From IMG/VR virus record IMGVR_UViG_3300021137_000001, positions 1 through 64,000 of that record: a DNA stretch of 64,000 bases. One strand, 5' to 3'. The translations under genes and the position numbers were made by a program. The first letter of the stretch is position 1; every line of letters begins with the position of its first letter. The notes beneath the pieces were generated by a model. The model was not told the origin of the DNA. It ran no database searches and saw only the letters and a list, made by a program, of their open reading frames with translations. Positions 20,484 to 30,747 of the stretch are shown in pieces.

Positions 20484-21401
20484 ATGGCACAAACTCCAGA
20501 CAGCGTCTTAGTTAAAAGACCCTACCAATCAGAAACATTTACAGAAGAACAGCTCTTAGAATTTGCTAAGTGTGCTGACCCAATCACTGGGCCGGAATAC
20601 TTTATGAGTCATTACTTCTACATACAACATCCTACTAAAGGACGTATGTTGTATCAGCCGTTTGAATATCAAAAACGCTTAATTGAAACATATCACAATT
20701 ATAGATTCAGTATCAGTTTAATGCCACGTCAAACTGGTAAATCAACAAGTGCTGCCGGATACTTACTATGGTACGCAATGTTCGTACCCGATGCAACAAT
20801 TCTTATCGCGGCACACAAATATACAGGCTCGCAAGAAATTATGTCACGTATTCGTTACGCATATGAACTATGCCCTGACTTTATACGTGCTGGCGTAACA
20901 ACATACAACAAAGGTAATATCGATTTTGAAAATGGCTCACGTATTAACTCGGCTACAACGACAGAAAACACAGGTCGCGGTATGTCTATATCATTATTAT
21001 ATTGTGATGAGTTCGCATTTGTACGCAGTACAATCGGTCGTGAATTTTGGACTTCTATCAGTCCTACACTAGCAACAGGCGGTAAATGTATTATCACATC
21101 AACTCCTAACTCAGACGAAGATCAATTTGCTACTCTGTGGAAGGGAGCCAACAAATGCGTGGACGATTTTGGAAACGCCACTGCGTTAGGAGTTAATGGG
21201 TTTAAATCATTCCGTAGTTATTGGAGAGAACATCCAGATAGAGATGACACGTGGGCAACGGAACAACGTGCGCAATTAGGTGATGAACGCTTCCGTAGAG
21301 AGATGGATTGCTGTAACGGTGATACAATACTACAATTAGAAATTAATGATGAGCAAAAAATAGTCACAATTGGTGAATTGTTTAATATAATCGATAAATA
21401 A
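20484..21401 (+). CDS. terL: Terminase large subunit, N-terminal half (ATPase) fused to a 30-aa N-intein
   Basis: Walker A PRQTGKS, Walker B LYCDEFAF, ITSTPN; ends RREMD|CCNGDT...IIDK*. Confidence 0.92.
   Translation: MAQTPDSVLVKRPYQSETFTEEQLLEFAKCADPITGPEYFMSHYFYIQHPTKGRMLYQPFEYQKRLIETYHNYRFSISLMPRQTGKSTSAAGYLLWYAMFVPDATILIAAHKYTGSQEIMSRIRYAYELCPDFIRAGVTTYNKGNIDFENGSRINSATTTENTGRGMSISLLYCDEFAFVRSTIGREFWTSISPTLATGGKCIITSTPNSDEDQFATLWKGANKCVDDFGNATALGVNGFKSFRSYWREHPDRDDTWATEQRAQLGDERFRREMDCCNGDTILQLEINDEQKIVTIGELFNIIDK
21309..21398 (+). mobile_element. Split intein N-fragment (30 aa, atypically short)
   Basis: Begins with Cys in a block-A-like CCNGDTILQL, then KIVTIGELF, then stop. Confidence 0.85.
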
Positions 21402-22433
21402 TTGGAGAAGACCAATTTAATTGAGAAATGTATGAGTGATGCAAATTATGTAATATCGAAAATAGATAACAAAAACTATTGTGTATCTAACGGTCAGTTT
21501 ACAAAACATCTCAGAACAAATCAACTCACATATCAAGCATATTATGAAAAATATATAACAGGTACTATTAAATTATGTAGTTGTAGTAAACCATTGACCT
21601 TTTATCAAAAAAATCACACCTATGCTAGCAGTTGCGGAAACCCTGTATGTGTGGGTAAAACTATAGCTAAATCAAAACAATTATGGACAGACGAGCAGAA
21701 GCTATCGGATTCAGCAAACAAGAAAAAAGCTGCCAATGCTAAGACAGACAAACAGAAAGAGCTGCAAGTGGCTCGAGCCAGAGCAACTTTTATGCGCAAG
21801 TATGGAGTTGAATGGAGTTCTAAGTTTGCCGACCAAAAAGAAAAATCTAGAAAGACAAAGAAAGAAAAATATGGTAGCGAAACATATAATAATAGCAAGC
21901 AAACAAGCAATGCCTGGCAAGCAAAGACACTTGATGAAATTTCCAATATAGTATCTAAACGTCGTGCAACTTGTATGGATCGATTTGGGGTCGAAAATGC
22001 TTTAATGAAACCGGAAGCTAGAATAAATTCTGCTAAATCAAATAGTATAGGTCGAGCATTTGTTATGCCATCGGGTAAGGTTGTTGGGGTTCGTGGGTAC
22101 GAAGATACTGTGCTGGCCAACTTATTAAAAGAATACAGCGAATCAGAATTATTATTTGATGATAGGAAAACTATATATAGTTTACCGGTGTTTGCATATA
22201 TAAACGTAAACTTACACCTTGCAACATATTATCCGGATATCTATATTTCAAAAGAGAATAAAATCATCGAAGTAAAAAGCATGTGGTGGTGGAACGGAAA
22301 TGGTAATGAAAAATATAATTCTAGACTAATTAATAATTTACGGAAGAAAGATTCAGTAATAGAGCAAGGATACGAATACGAAGTTTGGTTGTTTAAAAAT
22401 AAAACAGAATATGAGATACTAGCATGGAAATAA
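21402..22433 (+). CDS. Free-standing PD-(D/E)xK-type homing endonuclease between the terL halves (start TTG 21402 or ATG near 21431)
   Basis: GYE...YYPDIYI...IIEVKS; KYG/RFGVEN repeats; Cys motifs. Confidence 0.7.
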   Translation: MEKTNLIEKCMSDANYVISKIDNKNYCVSNGQFTKHLRTNQLTYQAYYEKYITGTIKLCSCSKPLTFYQKNHTYASSCGNPVCVGKTIAKSKQLWTDEQKLSDSANKKKAANAKTDKQKELQVARARATFMRKYGVEWSSKFADQKEKSRKTKKEKYGSETYNNSKQTSNAWQAKTLDEISNIVSKRRATCMDRFGVENALMKPEARINSAKSNSIGRAFVMPSGKVVGVRGYEDTVLANLLKEYSESELLFDDRKTIYSLPVFAYINVNLHLATYYPDIYISKENKIIEVKSMWWWNGNGNEKYNSRLINNLRKKDSVIEQGYEYEVWLFKNKTEYEILAWK

Positions 22434-22765
22434 TGTATAAAGAAAACAAACACGGTTATAAAGTGTTAACTCCTGATGGATATAAATCCTTTGTAGGCAT
22501 TCGGTGTCTTGGCAAAAAAGAAATCCACCGGATTGAATTGGGTACTGACTATTGGATTGAGTGTACATCTAATCATAAGGTATTTGTTAGTGATACTATC
22601 AGAGTTACTGTTGATGAACTTGTAGTAGGAGATATAGTATTAACTAATAGTGGCAATCAACAAGTATCTGCTAAATTAAATTTAGGAAGAGAAGAATTAG
22701 TATACGATTTAATCGAAGTAGACGGTGGGCATCGTTATTATACAAATGGAATATTGTCGTCAAAT
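22424..22765 (+). mobile_element. Split intein C-fragment (114 aa) ending Ser-Asn, followed by Cys+1
   Basis: AAT at 22763-22765, TGT at 22766. Confidence 0.85.
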
Positions 22766-23506
22766 TGTGAATTTATCATCTGGGATGAAACACTTATTAA
22801 CCCAGGGCATTTAGTTGAAATGCAAGGTATTGACCCAATCGAACAGCAAGGACAAATACGTTGGTATAAAAAGCCAAATCCAGCATTTACATATCTCGTT
22901 GCACTTGACCCAAGTCTAGGCACAGGCGGCGACCCAGCGGCAATACAAATATTTGAACTCCCAAGTTTTATACAAGTAGGCGAGTGGCAACATAATCGCA
23001 CACCAGTACAACGTCAAATTGTTATACTAAGTGAGATTACTAAGTACCTTGCTGAAACTGTGCCAGTTAATAGCATATACTATAGCATGGAAAACAACTC
23101 TATCGGCGAAGCGGCATTAGTAACAGTAGCATCGATGGGCGAAGAAAACATTAAGGGAACATTCTTAAACGAACCACGCAAATCAAGTGGCGGAAGTTAT
23201 AGAAAGGGATTTAATACAACACAACGTTCTAAGCTATCTGCTTGCGCAAAGTTAAAAAACTTAATTGAATCTAAACGCTTAACAGTAAACAGTAAGAACT
23301 TAATCTCAGAACTAAAAACATTTGTTGCAAACGGCTCTAGCTTTGCTGCTAAACCCGGCGAAACAGATGACTTAGTAATGAGTGTAGTACTAATGGTACG
23401 CATGGCTATGCTATTGCAATCATACGATGCAAGTTTAGATAGTGCGATGCGTGATACGTTAGATGATTTCATCGAGCCTCTTCCCTGGATAATGACTACA
23501 TATTAG
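22424..23506 (+). CDS. terL: C-intein (114 aa) fused to the terminase large subunit C-terminal half (nuclease)
   Basis: Intein blocks B (CTSNH), F (VYDL) and G (YTNGILSSN|C); then CEFIIWDET, ALDPSLGTGGD, ENN and DDLVM. Confidence 0.9.
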   Translation: MEIMYKENKHGYKVLTPDGYKSFVGIRCLGKKEIHRIELGTDYWIECTSNHKVFVSDTIRVTVDELVVGDIVLTNSGNQQVSAKLNLGREELVYDLIEVDGGHRYYTNGILSSNCEFIIWDETLINPGHLVEMQGIDPIEQQGQIRWYKKPNPAFTYLVALDPSLGTGGDPAAIQIFELPSFIQVGEWQHNRTPVQRQIVILSEITKYLAETVPVNSIYYSMENNSIGEAALVTVASMGEENIKGTFLNEPRKSSGGSYRKGFNTTQRSKLSACAKLKNLIESKRLTVNSKNLISELKTFVANGSSFAAKPGETDDLVMSVVLMVRMAMLLQSYDASLDSAMRDTLDDFIEPLPWIMTTY

Positions 23507-23557
23507 ATTAGATGCCTTTCAACAGACTAGCATAAATAATACTATGAGAATAAAAAA

Positions 23558-25903
23558 ATGCGCGAAATAAACAAAATAGCTGAAGCATTGTTTGAAAAAA
23601 TCCGTGATAGATTTGATGATGTTACTTTAGGTGATGAAAACGCTAAAGCAACACAAGATCCAGCATCCGCACGTTTCTTCAACTTTGATTATACAGTAGA
23701 TGGCGCAAGCCACGGTAACATAACAATTAGCGTTATTGATGAAAATTCACTTAAAGTATACTTTAGTAAAAACATCAGTAGTGATTTAGACGATGAAGAA
23801 AAAGCAAAATGGTATGCGTTTTTACGTGAACTAAGAGAGTTTGCTCGTCGCAACTTATTAAGTTTCGACCCACGTGATATTACACGTAGTACACTAAAAC
23901 ACCGCGATTTGCAACAAGTAAGCAAATCAGACAATACATACAGTAAAGATGAAGTTGCACTTGGCGAAAGCAGAATGCACGGCACAAGTCGTAGTAGTTA
24001 CGAGCAAGATGGTGACGTAAAGATTATTGTACGTCATAGCGATCGAGTAGACCCAGAGCAACGTGGCGCACGTAGTCGTAAAATTAAAGCTCTGTTTATT
24101 GAAACAGCAGATGGCGCACGTATTAAACTACCCCACAACAACTTAAAATACGCACGTGCAATGGCACAACACATATCACAAGGTGGTGACGCTGGTGATG
24201 ATTTTGGGTGCCATATTACTAAAATAGCAGAAGAATGTGGTAAACTACGTCCGTTTAAATCAGCAATGATACGTAGAACATTTGAAGATGCTGAAACACA
24301 ATCAATGGCAGAAGCCGCATTTGAATATCACGGCTTGCTAAACAATACACTTAAAAAAATGGGTGGACGTAAAGGTTATGCTGCTTGTAAAGAAAGTTTT
24401 ATAGCAGATGATGTTTTAATGGATGAATTTGATGTTGATGCATTGCGTGAACGCTTTGTTAAACGATCATTTAATGATAGAATGGAAGACGCACTACCAC
24501 TTGTACAAAAGGCATATAATATGAAAAAATCTAATAACTTCGCGCAACAATTTGAAAGCTGGGCAGACAACGTAAGTGAAGGCACATGGGCTAAACCGGA
24601 AGGTGAAGAACAAGTTGCTGAACTTATCGACTTGTTGATGGAACCGCTAACAGTTGGTATTGATGCAACTAACGCAACTAGCGCACTATATAACTTAGTC
24701 GGTGATGACCAATTGTTTGATCGCTTAGGTGATTTAGCAGAAGAAAACCCAGAAGCTGATGCACGTGATGTGGTTATGGATTGGGTACAAGAAAACATGC
24801 CAGAAATTTATCAACAAGTTATGGCTGCAATTGGCGATGAAGATACAGCCGGTCAACAAGCAGAGCCAGAAATGGATGAAGGCGACACATATGGCGGCAC
24901 ACCGGCTGGTGGACAAGATTATACAAACGTTGAAGAAAACTACGACGATGAAGAAAATGATAGCTGCGATGCAGTACAAGCGGCAATTATTCGTCGTATC
25001 ATAAATTCACATAGTGATTTACTATCACAATACGGACCAGAAGCAATTACAAATGCATCTAGAGATGTTGCTGAATGGGTGGGTAACGTTGAAGAAATTG
25101 GTAGCAGTGATGTTAGCGGTTGGGTTAAAGAAGTTATTAACAACTTAGGCGGCACTGACGAAATTGAACTTGAACGTGACCGTGATGAACCAGAGCAAGA
25201 ATACGGTAGCGATATGCAGTTTGATCAAGACATCGACAGCCCAGACCAGTTTAATCGCGGTGGCGAAATGGATGAAGGCATAGTTGATACTGTTCGCGGT
25301 AAGAACTATAAACGTTTAGCAGATCGCAGTTTTAACAAGGCAATGAACGCACATGATGAGACTTTGAAATATGATTTTGATGACCCGTTCGGCCGCCCTC
25401 CACACGAAAAAGAATTTAGTAAACAAATGGCTAACATGCGTCAACGTGATAACAAAGCAAAATCACTTGGTATCGATGAAGCCACAGGTGCGTTAGATGC
25501 TATTATTGCTAATAACAAAGCGGCAGTTGATAATTTTATCCATCACAATGAATTAGATTATGATTTAGAAAGTGACTTACATGAATATTATTATGACAGA
25601 TTAAGTCATTCTGCACAACGTGATGCAGACGACGAAGGTGAAATTGCACAAATGTTTGCAGATGATTTGGCTGACATGGGTATGATGTCTAACGTTGACG
25701 AAGCAATTGGCGACGATTACGTAAACAAAGATGAAAAATTAAAACGTATGGGTGCGAAAGAATTAAGTCCGTTAGACAAAGCTAGAATTATGCCAAGCCA
25801 AATGAAAGCAATGTCTAAAGGCGACGACGAAGGCGACTTAACAGCATACAACAAACAATTTAATGAAGAAATCGCACAGATGCGCAGAATCGCTGGTATT
25901 TAA
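23558..25903 (+). CDS. Large acidic hypothetical virion protein
   Basis: 781-aa ORF after terL; late motif upstream; repeated xDE[GA] motifs. Confidence 0.6.
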   Translation: MREINKIAEALFEKIRDRFDDVTLGDENAKATQDPASARFFNFDYTVDGASHGNITISVIDENSLKVYFSKNISSDLDDEEKAKWYAFLRELREFARRNLLSFDPRDITRSTLKHRDLQQVSKSDNTYSKDEVALGESRMHGTSRSSYEQDGDVKIIVRHSDRVDPEQRGARSRKIKALFIETADGARIKLPHNNLKYARAMAQHISQGGDAGDDFGCHITKIAEECGKLRPFKSAMIRRTFEDAETQSMAEAAFEYHGLLNNTLKKMGGRKGYAACKESFIADDVLMDEFDVDALRERFVKRSFNDRMEDALPLVQKAYNMKKSNNFAQQFESWADNVSEGTWAKPEGEEQVAELIDLLMEPLTVGIDATNATSALYNLVGDDQLFDRLGDLAEENPEADARDVVMDWVQENMPEIYQQVMAAIGDEDTAGQQAEPEMDEGDTYGGTPAGGQDYTNVEENYDDEENDSCDAVQAAIIRRIINSHSDLLSQYGPEAITNASRDVAEWVGNVEEIGSSDVSGWVKEVINNLGGTDEIELERDRDEPEQEYGSDMQFDQDIDSPDQFNRGGEMDEGIVDTVRGKNYKRLADRSFNKAMNAHDETLKYDFDDPFGRPPHEKEFSKQMANMRQRDNKAKSLGIDEATGALDAIIANNKAAVDNFIHHNELDYDLESDLHEYYYDRLSHSAQRDADDEGEIAQMFADDLADMGMMSNVDEAIGDDYVNKDEKLKRMGAKELSPLDKARIMPSQMKAMSKGDDEGDLTAYNKQFNEEIAQMRRIAGI

Positions 25904-25923
25904 TACAAGAAATTAGTTTTACC

Positions 25924-25950
25924 AAAAGGGCACTTTTTAGTGCCTTTTTT
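25924..25950 (+). terminator. Rho-independent terminator
   Basis: AAAAGGGCACT-TTTT-AGTGCC followed by a T run. Confidence 0.75.
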
Positions 25951-25951
25951 C

Positions 25952-25980
25952 TTGACCTTACTATCAATATAACGTATTAT
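25952..25980 (+). promoter_or_regulatory. Sigma70-like promoter for ssb (late motif also present near 25995)
   Basis: TTGACC-17nt-TATTAT. Confidence 0.55.
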
Positions 25981-26063
25981 TAATGTGTAGGTGATAAATA
26001 GTATTGTAAGTAGCGGGAAGTTACCTACATTAAAGACCAACTTAAAACACAAGGAGTTATACC

Positions 26064-27077
26064 ATGGCAACATCATTAGCAGAAATCAGAGCAAAGTTAC
26101 AAGCGCAAGACACACGTAGTACAGGTAAATCATCAGGCGGCGGCGACAACGCAATCTACGCACATTGGAACATTGACGAAGGTGCAACGGCACGTATTCG
26201 TTTCTTACCAGATGCAGATCCAAAAAACACATTCTTCTGGGTTGAACGTAATATGATCAACTTAGAATTCGCTGGCGTTAAAGGTCAGACAGACAGCAAA
26301 AAAGTAGTAGTTCAAGTACCATGCGTTGAGATGTGGGGCGAAGCGTGTCCAATCTTAGCAGAAGTGCGCACATGGTTTAAAGATTCTTCATTAGAAGAAA
26401 TGGGCCGTAAGTATTGGAAAAAGAAATCATATTTGTTCCAGGGCTTTGTTCGTGAAAATCCAATGAAAGATGACAAGACCCCAGACAATCCAATTCGTCG
26501 TTTCATCATCAGTCCACAAATCTTTAACTTAGTTAAGTCAGCGTTACTTGACCCAGAGTTAGAAAACTTGCCAACTGATTATGCAGGCGGTTTAGATTTT
26601 ACTGCAACTAAAACATCTAAAGGTGGTTACGCAGACTATAGTACTAGTAAATGGTCACGTAAAGAATCTGCATTAACTGTAGACGAAGCTGAAGCAATTG
26701 AGAAACACGGTTTATATAATCTTGCAGACTTCTTGCCTAAACGTCCAACTGATGTTGATCTTAAAATCATGAAAGAAATGTTCGAAGCATCAGTTGATGG
26801 ACAACCATACGATGAAGAAAAATGGGGTGCGTATTACAAACCACGCGGTTCATTCACTTCTAATGCTCCGGCCACTAACACAGCACCGGCTGCGCAAGCA
26901 CCTGTAGCTACACCTGCTGCAACAGCAGTTGTTAGTGAGCATGTTGCTACAACAGACGTTCCATTTGAAGCAGATGATGCTCCAGAACCAACAGCGGCAG
27001 TAACAACTCCTGCTAGTGGCGGACAACGTGCTGAAGACATTTTAGCAATGATTCGTAATCGTCAAAAGACTGCGTAG
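26064..27077 (+). CDS. Single-stranded DNA-binding protein (gp32-like)
   Basis: IRFLP, PCPI-like ACPI, IISPQIF, YSTSKW; flexible acidic tail; upstream of uvsX. Confidence 0.8.
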   Translation: MATSLAEIRAKLQAQDTRSTGKSSGGGDNAIYAHWNIDEGATARIRFLPDADPKNTFFWVERNMINLEFAGVKGQTDSKKVVVQVPCVEMWGEACPILAEVRTWFKDSSLEEMGRKYWKKKSYLFQGFVRENPMKDDKTPDNPIRRFIISPQIFNLVKSALLDPELENLPTDYAGGLDFTATKTSKGGYADYSTSKWSRKESALTVDEAEAIEKHGLYNLADFLPKRPTDVDLKIMKEMFEASVDGQPYDEEKWGAYYKPRGSFTSNAPATNTAPAAQAPVATPAATAVVSEHVATTDVPFEADDAPEPTAAVTTPASGGQRAEDILAMIRNRQKTA

Positions 27078-27086
27078 GGAGTATAA

Positions 27087-27869
27087 TTGATTACGTATGT
27101 AATTGATTACCAAAACGGGAGTATGGGTCAGAGTTTGTTGGCTCATACTCTTTATAGTTGCAATCAAGTCGAGTTAGATCTAAATCTATTTTTTTCTGAT
27201 ACTGGCAATAGTCATAACATTTGTAAATTAAATAAAACACATCTACAGGCGCAGCATTATATTAATATTATTGATACTTGCAATTATACAAAGCTAGTGG
27301 AAATAGTGCCCGATAATGAATATAAGTTGCTTCGATTAAAGATGAGTTATGAAAAATGGACTGGATGTTTTCCGGAGCCAGGTAATTTTGAAAAATTTAA
27401 TTTTCGTGATCTAGGTAAAGATAATTCATATTATGAATCGTTGGCTTTAAATTATTATGGTATATTTGATGATATACCATACAATAGTGATATAGTAACA
27501 CTGTCGGCATTTATAGCCAATGATATTGATGCATATAAAACATTAATTGCACGTACATTTGGTTGGCAGTGGGATGATGCTAAAAGTACTGAATTTAACC
27601 ATTCAATGATTTATGCCAATAAAGCATATTTAGATTGGCTTAATAAAATAACCACTATTTGTACAGATATTATTAATTTCAACATTAGTCAACTTGATAA
27701 TTTATTGTTTTGGGAAAAGGCTGCAATTATAGCGTATGTTTGTTATACATTAAAGATAGATGATTTAAAGAAGTTAACCTGGAACGAAGCAGATCAATTC
27801 CTACTTAACGATACTAAATTTTTAATTACTGATTTAAAAAGGATATTAACACATGGCAAAACCATTTGA
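27087..27869 (+). CDS. AT-rich accessory hypothetical protein
   Basis: ORF with TTG start between ssb and uvsX; visibly more AT-rich than its flanks. Confidence 0.55.
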   Translation: MITYVIDYQNGSMGQSLLAHTLYSCNQVELDLNLFFSDTGNSHNICKLNKTHLQAQHYINIIDTCNYTKLVEIVPDNEYKLLRLKMSYEKWTGCFPEPGNFEKFNFRDLGKDNSYYESLALNYYGIFDDIPYNSDIVTLSAFIANDIDAYKTLIARTFGWQWDDAKSTEFNHSMIYANKAYLDWLNKITTICTDIINFNISQLDNLLFWEKAAIIAYVCYTLKIDDLKKLTWNEADQFLLNDTKFLITDLKRILTHGKTI

Positions 27870-28923
27870 TGTAAGTAAATTTAGAAAGACCTTAACTAAG
27901 TCAATTGACGGGTTAGGATTTGGATTCAACGACCCAACTGATTGGGTTAGTACAGGTAACTATGCACTTAACTATTTAATTAGTGGCGACTTTAACAAAG
28001 GTATTCCGCTAGGTAAAGTAACAGTATTTGCTGGTGAGTCTGGCGCAGGTAAATCATACATCTGTTCTGGCAATATTATTAAAAATGCACAAGATCAAGG
28101 CATCTATGTTGTTTTAATTGACAGCGAAAATGCGTTAGATGAAGCATGGCTTAAAGCACTTGGTGTTGATACAGACGACAGCAAATTGCTTAAACTAAGC
28201 ATGTGTATGATTGATGATGTAGCAAAAACAATTAGTACATTTATGGCAGACTATAAAGTATTAGCAGAAGGCGATCGCCCAAAAGTTATGTTTGTAGTTG
28301 ATTCGCTTGGTATGTTACTAACACCAACGGACGTCAATCAGTTCGAAGCAGGCGACATGAAAGGTGATATGGGTCGTAAACCTAAAGCCCTTACATCACT
28401 TGTACGTAACTGTGTAAACATGTTTGGTAACTACAACGTGGGCTTAGTGTGTACAAATCACACATACGCAAGTCAAGATATGTTTGACCCAGATGATAAA
28501 ATCAGTGGCGGCCAAGGCTTTATCTACGCATCAAGTATTGTAGTTGCTATGCGTAAATTAAAACTTAAAATTGACGAAGACGGCAACAAAGTTACTGAAG
28601 TACTTGGTATACGTGCGGCTTGTAAGATTATGAAAACACGTTATGCTAAACCATTTGAATCAGTGCAAGTACAGATCCCATATGAAACAGGTATGAGCCC
28701 GTACAGTGGACTAGTTGATTTAAGTGAGAAAAAAGGTATTTTGGCTAAAGATGGTAACAGTCTTAAGTATACCGCAGTCGATGGCACGGTTATTAAACAA
28801 TTCCGCAAAGCGTGGGAACGTAATGATAACAACTGTCTAGACAAAATTATGAAAGATCTTCAAGACAATCCTGATATGCTAAGTAAACAAGATACAGTTA
28901 AATCAGAGGAAGAAGCAGAATGA
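27853..28923 (+). CDS. uvsX: RecA-like recombinase UvsX
   Basis: Walker A AGESGAGKS, DSENALD, VVDSLG, NHTY and SGG motifs. Confidence 0.92.
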   Translation: MAKPFDVSKFRKTLTKSIDGLGFGFNDPTDWVSTGNYALNYLISGDFNKGIPLGKVTVFAGESGAGKSYICSGNIIKNAQDQGIYVVLIDSENALDEAWLKALGVDTDDSKLLKLSMCMIDDVAKTISTFMADYKVLAEGDRPKVMFVVDSLGMLLTPTDVNQFEAGDMKGDMGRKPKALTSLVRNCVNMFGNYNVGLVCTNHTYASQDMFDPDDKISGGQGFIYASSIVVAMRKLKLKIDEDGNKVTEVLGIRAACKIMKTRYAKPFESVQVQIPYETGMSPYSGLVDLSEKKGILAKDGNSLKYTAVDGTVIKQFRKAWERNDNNCLDKIMKDLQDNPDMLSKQDTVKSEEEAE

Positions 28924-29150
28924 GTGTAGATGTAGAAATTTTGAGTGAAATGTGGCTTACAGTTAAGGAGTACATCTCGCAAAAGGACAGACAAGCAGTA
29001 GCAGATCATGTTATTAATGTTGTAGCAGACCACAGCATTACAGAAGCAGATTTGAAGAAGTTTGGCGGTACTGATGCATATCTGCGACGAGCAGTTGAGG
29101 AATACTTAGGCGAAGAAGCTGAACCCGAAAACGACTACGACGACGAGTAA
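28920..29150 (+). CDS. Hypothetical protein
   Basis: ORF coupled to uvsX. Confidence 0.6.
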   Translation: MSVDVEILSEMWLTVKEYISQKDRQAVADHVINVVADHSITEADLKKFGGTDAYLRRAVEEYLGEEAEPENDYDDE

Positions 29151-29152
29151 AT

Positions 29153-29608
29153 ATGTGGTATAACAAAGTAGTACAAGATATTAGCAGACTCCCTGACTTC
29201 ATTGATTACTATGGTGCTGAACTAGCACAGGCGAAAAATGAAGTTAAGGTGTTTGGCAATATTGAAAAGGGACTAGCAATGCTCCCAGGCGTTACAGAGC
29301 AACGTTTCAATCAGTTACAAGAGATTGAAGCGGTGCTTAACTTTCTAAACATTAAACTACGTAAAATTCGTCAAGATCACTATAAAAAGTATCTCGAAGG
29401 ATATGCACGTGCGCTAACATCGAGAGATGCTGAAAAGTACGTTGATGGCGAAAGCGAAGTTATTGATATGGAAACAATTATTAACGAAGTTGCACTATTG
29501 CGCAACAAGTGGCTTGGCATTATGAAAGGGCTCGAAGCGAAATCATACATGATAGGACATATTGTTAGACTGCGTACGGCAGGAATGGAAGATGCAACAA
29601 TTAACTAA
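29153..29608 (+). CDS. uvsY: Recombination mediator UvsY-like
   Basis: Helical protein with KYVDGE and KGLEAKSY motifs next to uvsX. Confidence 0.7.
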   Translation: MWYNKVVQDISRLPDFIDYYGAELAQAKNEVKVFGNIEKGLAMLPGVTEQRFNQLQEIEAVLNFLNIKLRKIRQDHYKKYLEGYARALTSRDAEKYVDGESEVIDMETIINEVALLRNKWLGIMKGLEAKSYMIGHIVRLRTAGMEDATIN

Positions 29609-29858
29609 TCCTGTAGACGAATTATTGGAACAATGGGAAGAAATTAAACATATTTCTTCCCATATCACCTCAACTGACAACACAGACATATTAGATTATA
29701 TGCGTCGCAAAGCTCAACTCGTGCATTATTCTCAAGAACTACGATTCGCAAGACTAAGCAACGATACTAAAACTGAAGAAGAATATACTGCAAAATTTAT
29801 AGAAGCTTACACTACTTTCAGCAAAGATTTTATTTTTAGGATATTAAAAAATGGCTAG
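29592..29858 (+). CDS. Hypothetical protein
   Basis: ORF overlapping its neighbours. Confidence 0.5.
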   Translation: MQQLTNPVDELLEQWEEIKHISSHITSTDNTDILDYMRRKAQLVHYSQELRFARLSNDTKTEEEYTAKFIEAYTTFSKDFIFRILKNG

Positions 29859-30747
29859 ACATGCACTTAAGGTATTAAATCAACTTAGGGAATATGATAG
29901 CTTCCTTGATAGTTTACATACAATTGTAGACATAGGCTGTGGCACTGGTGAAGATATCACTTGGTGGGCTACATTAGAGTCACGCGATGATACGCCTGTT
30001 CCATACAACTATAATTGTTTTGCTATTGACCGCGACGCCGCTAAATTATCAAAAGTTCCCGATCTTATTAACATACATAAACTTGAAAAAGATTTTAATA
30101 AATTCTGTTTGCCTGTATTGGCTGATTTAATGTGGTCGCACGATAGTTTACAGTATAGCACTAACCCAATTGAAACATTGAAAGTGTGGAATGAGCAAAT
30201 GAATGTTGATGCTATGCTAATTTTAAGCATTCCACAACATTCCGGAGTTGCCGATAACAAATACTATAGTCGTACACATAGCGGATGTTTTTATAACTTT
30301 ACTCCAACCAGTTTAATTTATATGCTTGCAGTTAATGGCTTTGATTGTAAAGATGCATATATGCTTAAAGAATTCAATGATCCGTGGATTCATGTTGCAG
30401 TATATAAATCAGCAATTGCTCCAATGGATGCAACTACAACAACTTGGCTTGATTTGGTTAATTTTGGTTTACTGAATCAAACAGTAGTTGATTCGATTAA
30501 TTCGTATGGTTACTTACGACAAGAAGATATACTATATCCGTGGTTAGATAAAGAAAACTATTATATTGATTATGTAAGTCAATGGACAGAAATCCCAGAG
30601 CAAGCAACACGAACGGTAGATGGTGTTATTAACATTTCCACACCGACTACTACACCGGTTATTAAACAAGGCAAACCTACTAAAAAAAGTACAACGCTAC
30701 TTAAAGCAGTTGGTATAATGCGCCCACCTAAGAAAAAATATGATTAA
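29851..30747 (+). CDS. Class I SAM-dependent methyltransferase-like protein
   Basis: IVDIGCGTG motif I. Confidence 0.65.
   Translation: MARHALKVLNQLREYDSFLDSLHTIVDIGCGTGEDITWWATLESRDDTPVPYNYNCFAIDRDAAKLSKVPDLINIHKLEKDFNKFCLPVLADLMWSHDSLQYSTNPIETLKVWNEQMNVDAMLILSIPQHSGVADNKYYSRTHSGCFYNFTPTSLIYMLAVNGFDCKDAYMLKEFNDPWIHVAVYKSAIAPMDATTTTWLDLVNFGLLNQTVVDSINSYGYLRQEDILYPWLDKENYYIDYVSQWTEIPEQATRTVDGVINISTPTTTPVIKQGKPTKKSTTLLKAVGIMRPPKKKYD

Noticed and set aside
21400-21417. Small hairpin AATTGG/CCAATT at the start of the terL endonuclease
   Set aside because: Only 6 bp and AU-rich, so too weak to call regulatory
21309-22765. Group I intron as the explanation for the terL and uvsW interruptions
   Set aside because: Both flanks encode complete intein blocks with correct Cys1 and Asn|Cys+1 junctions, and I saw no intron core; RT-PCR would formally exclude it
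27077-27869. Junction duplication around the AT-rich gene between ssb and uvsX
   Set aside because: No convincing flanking repeat found
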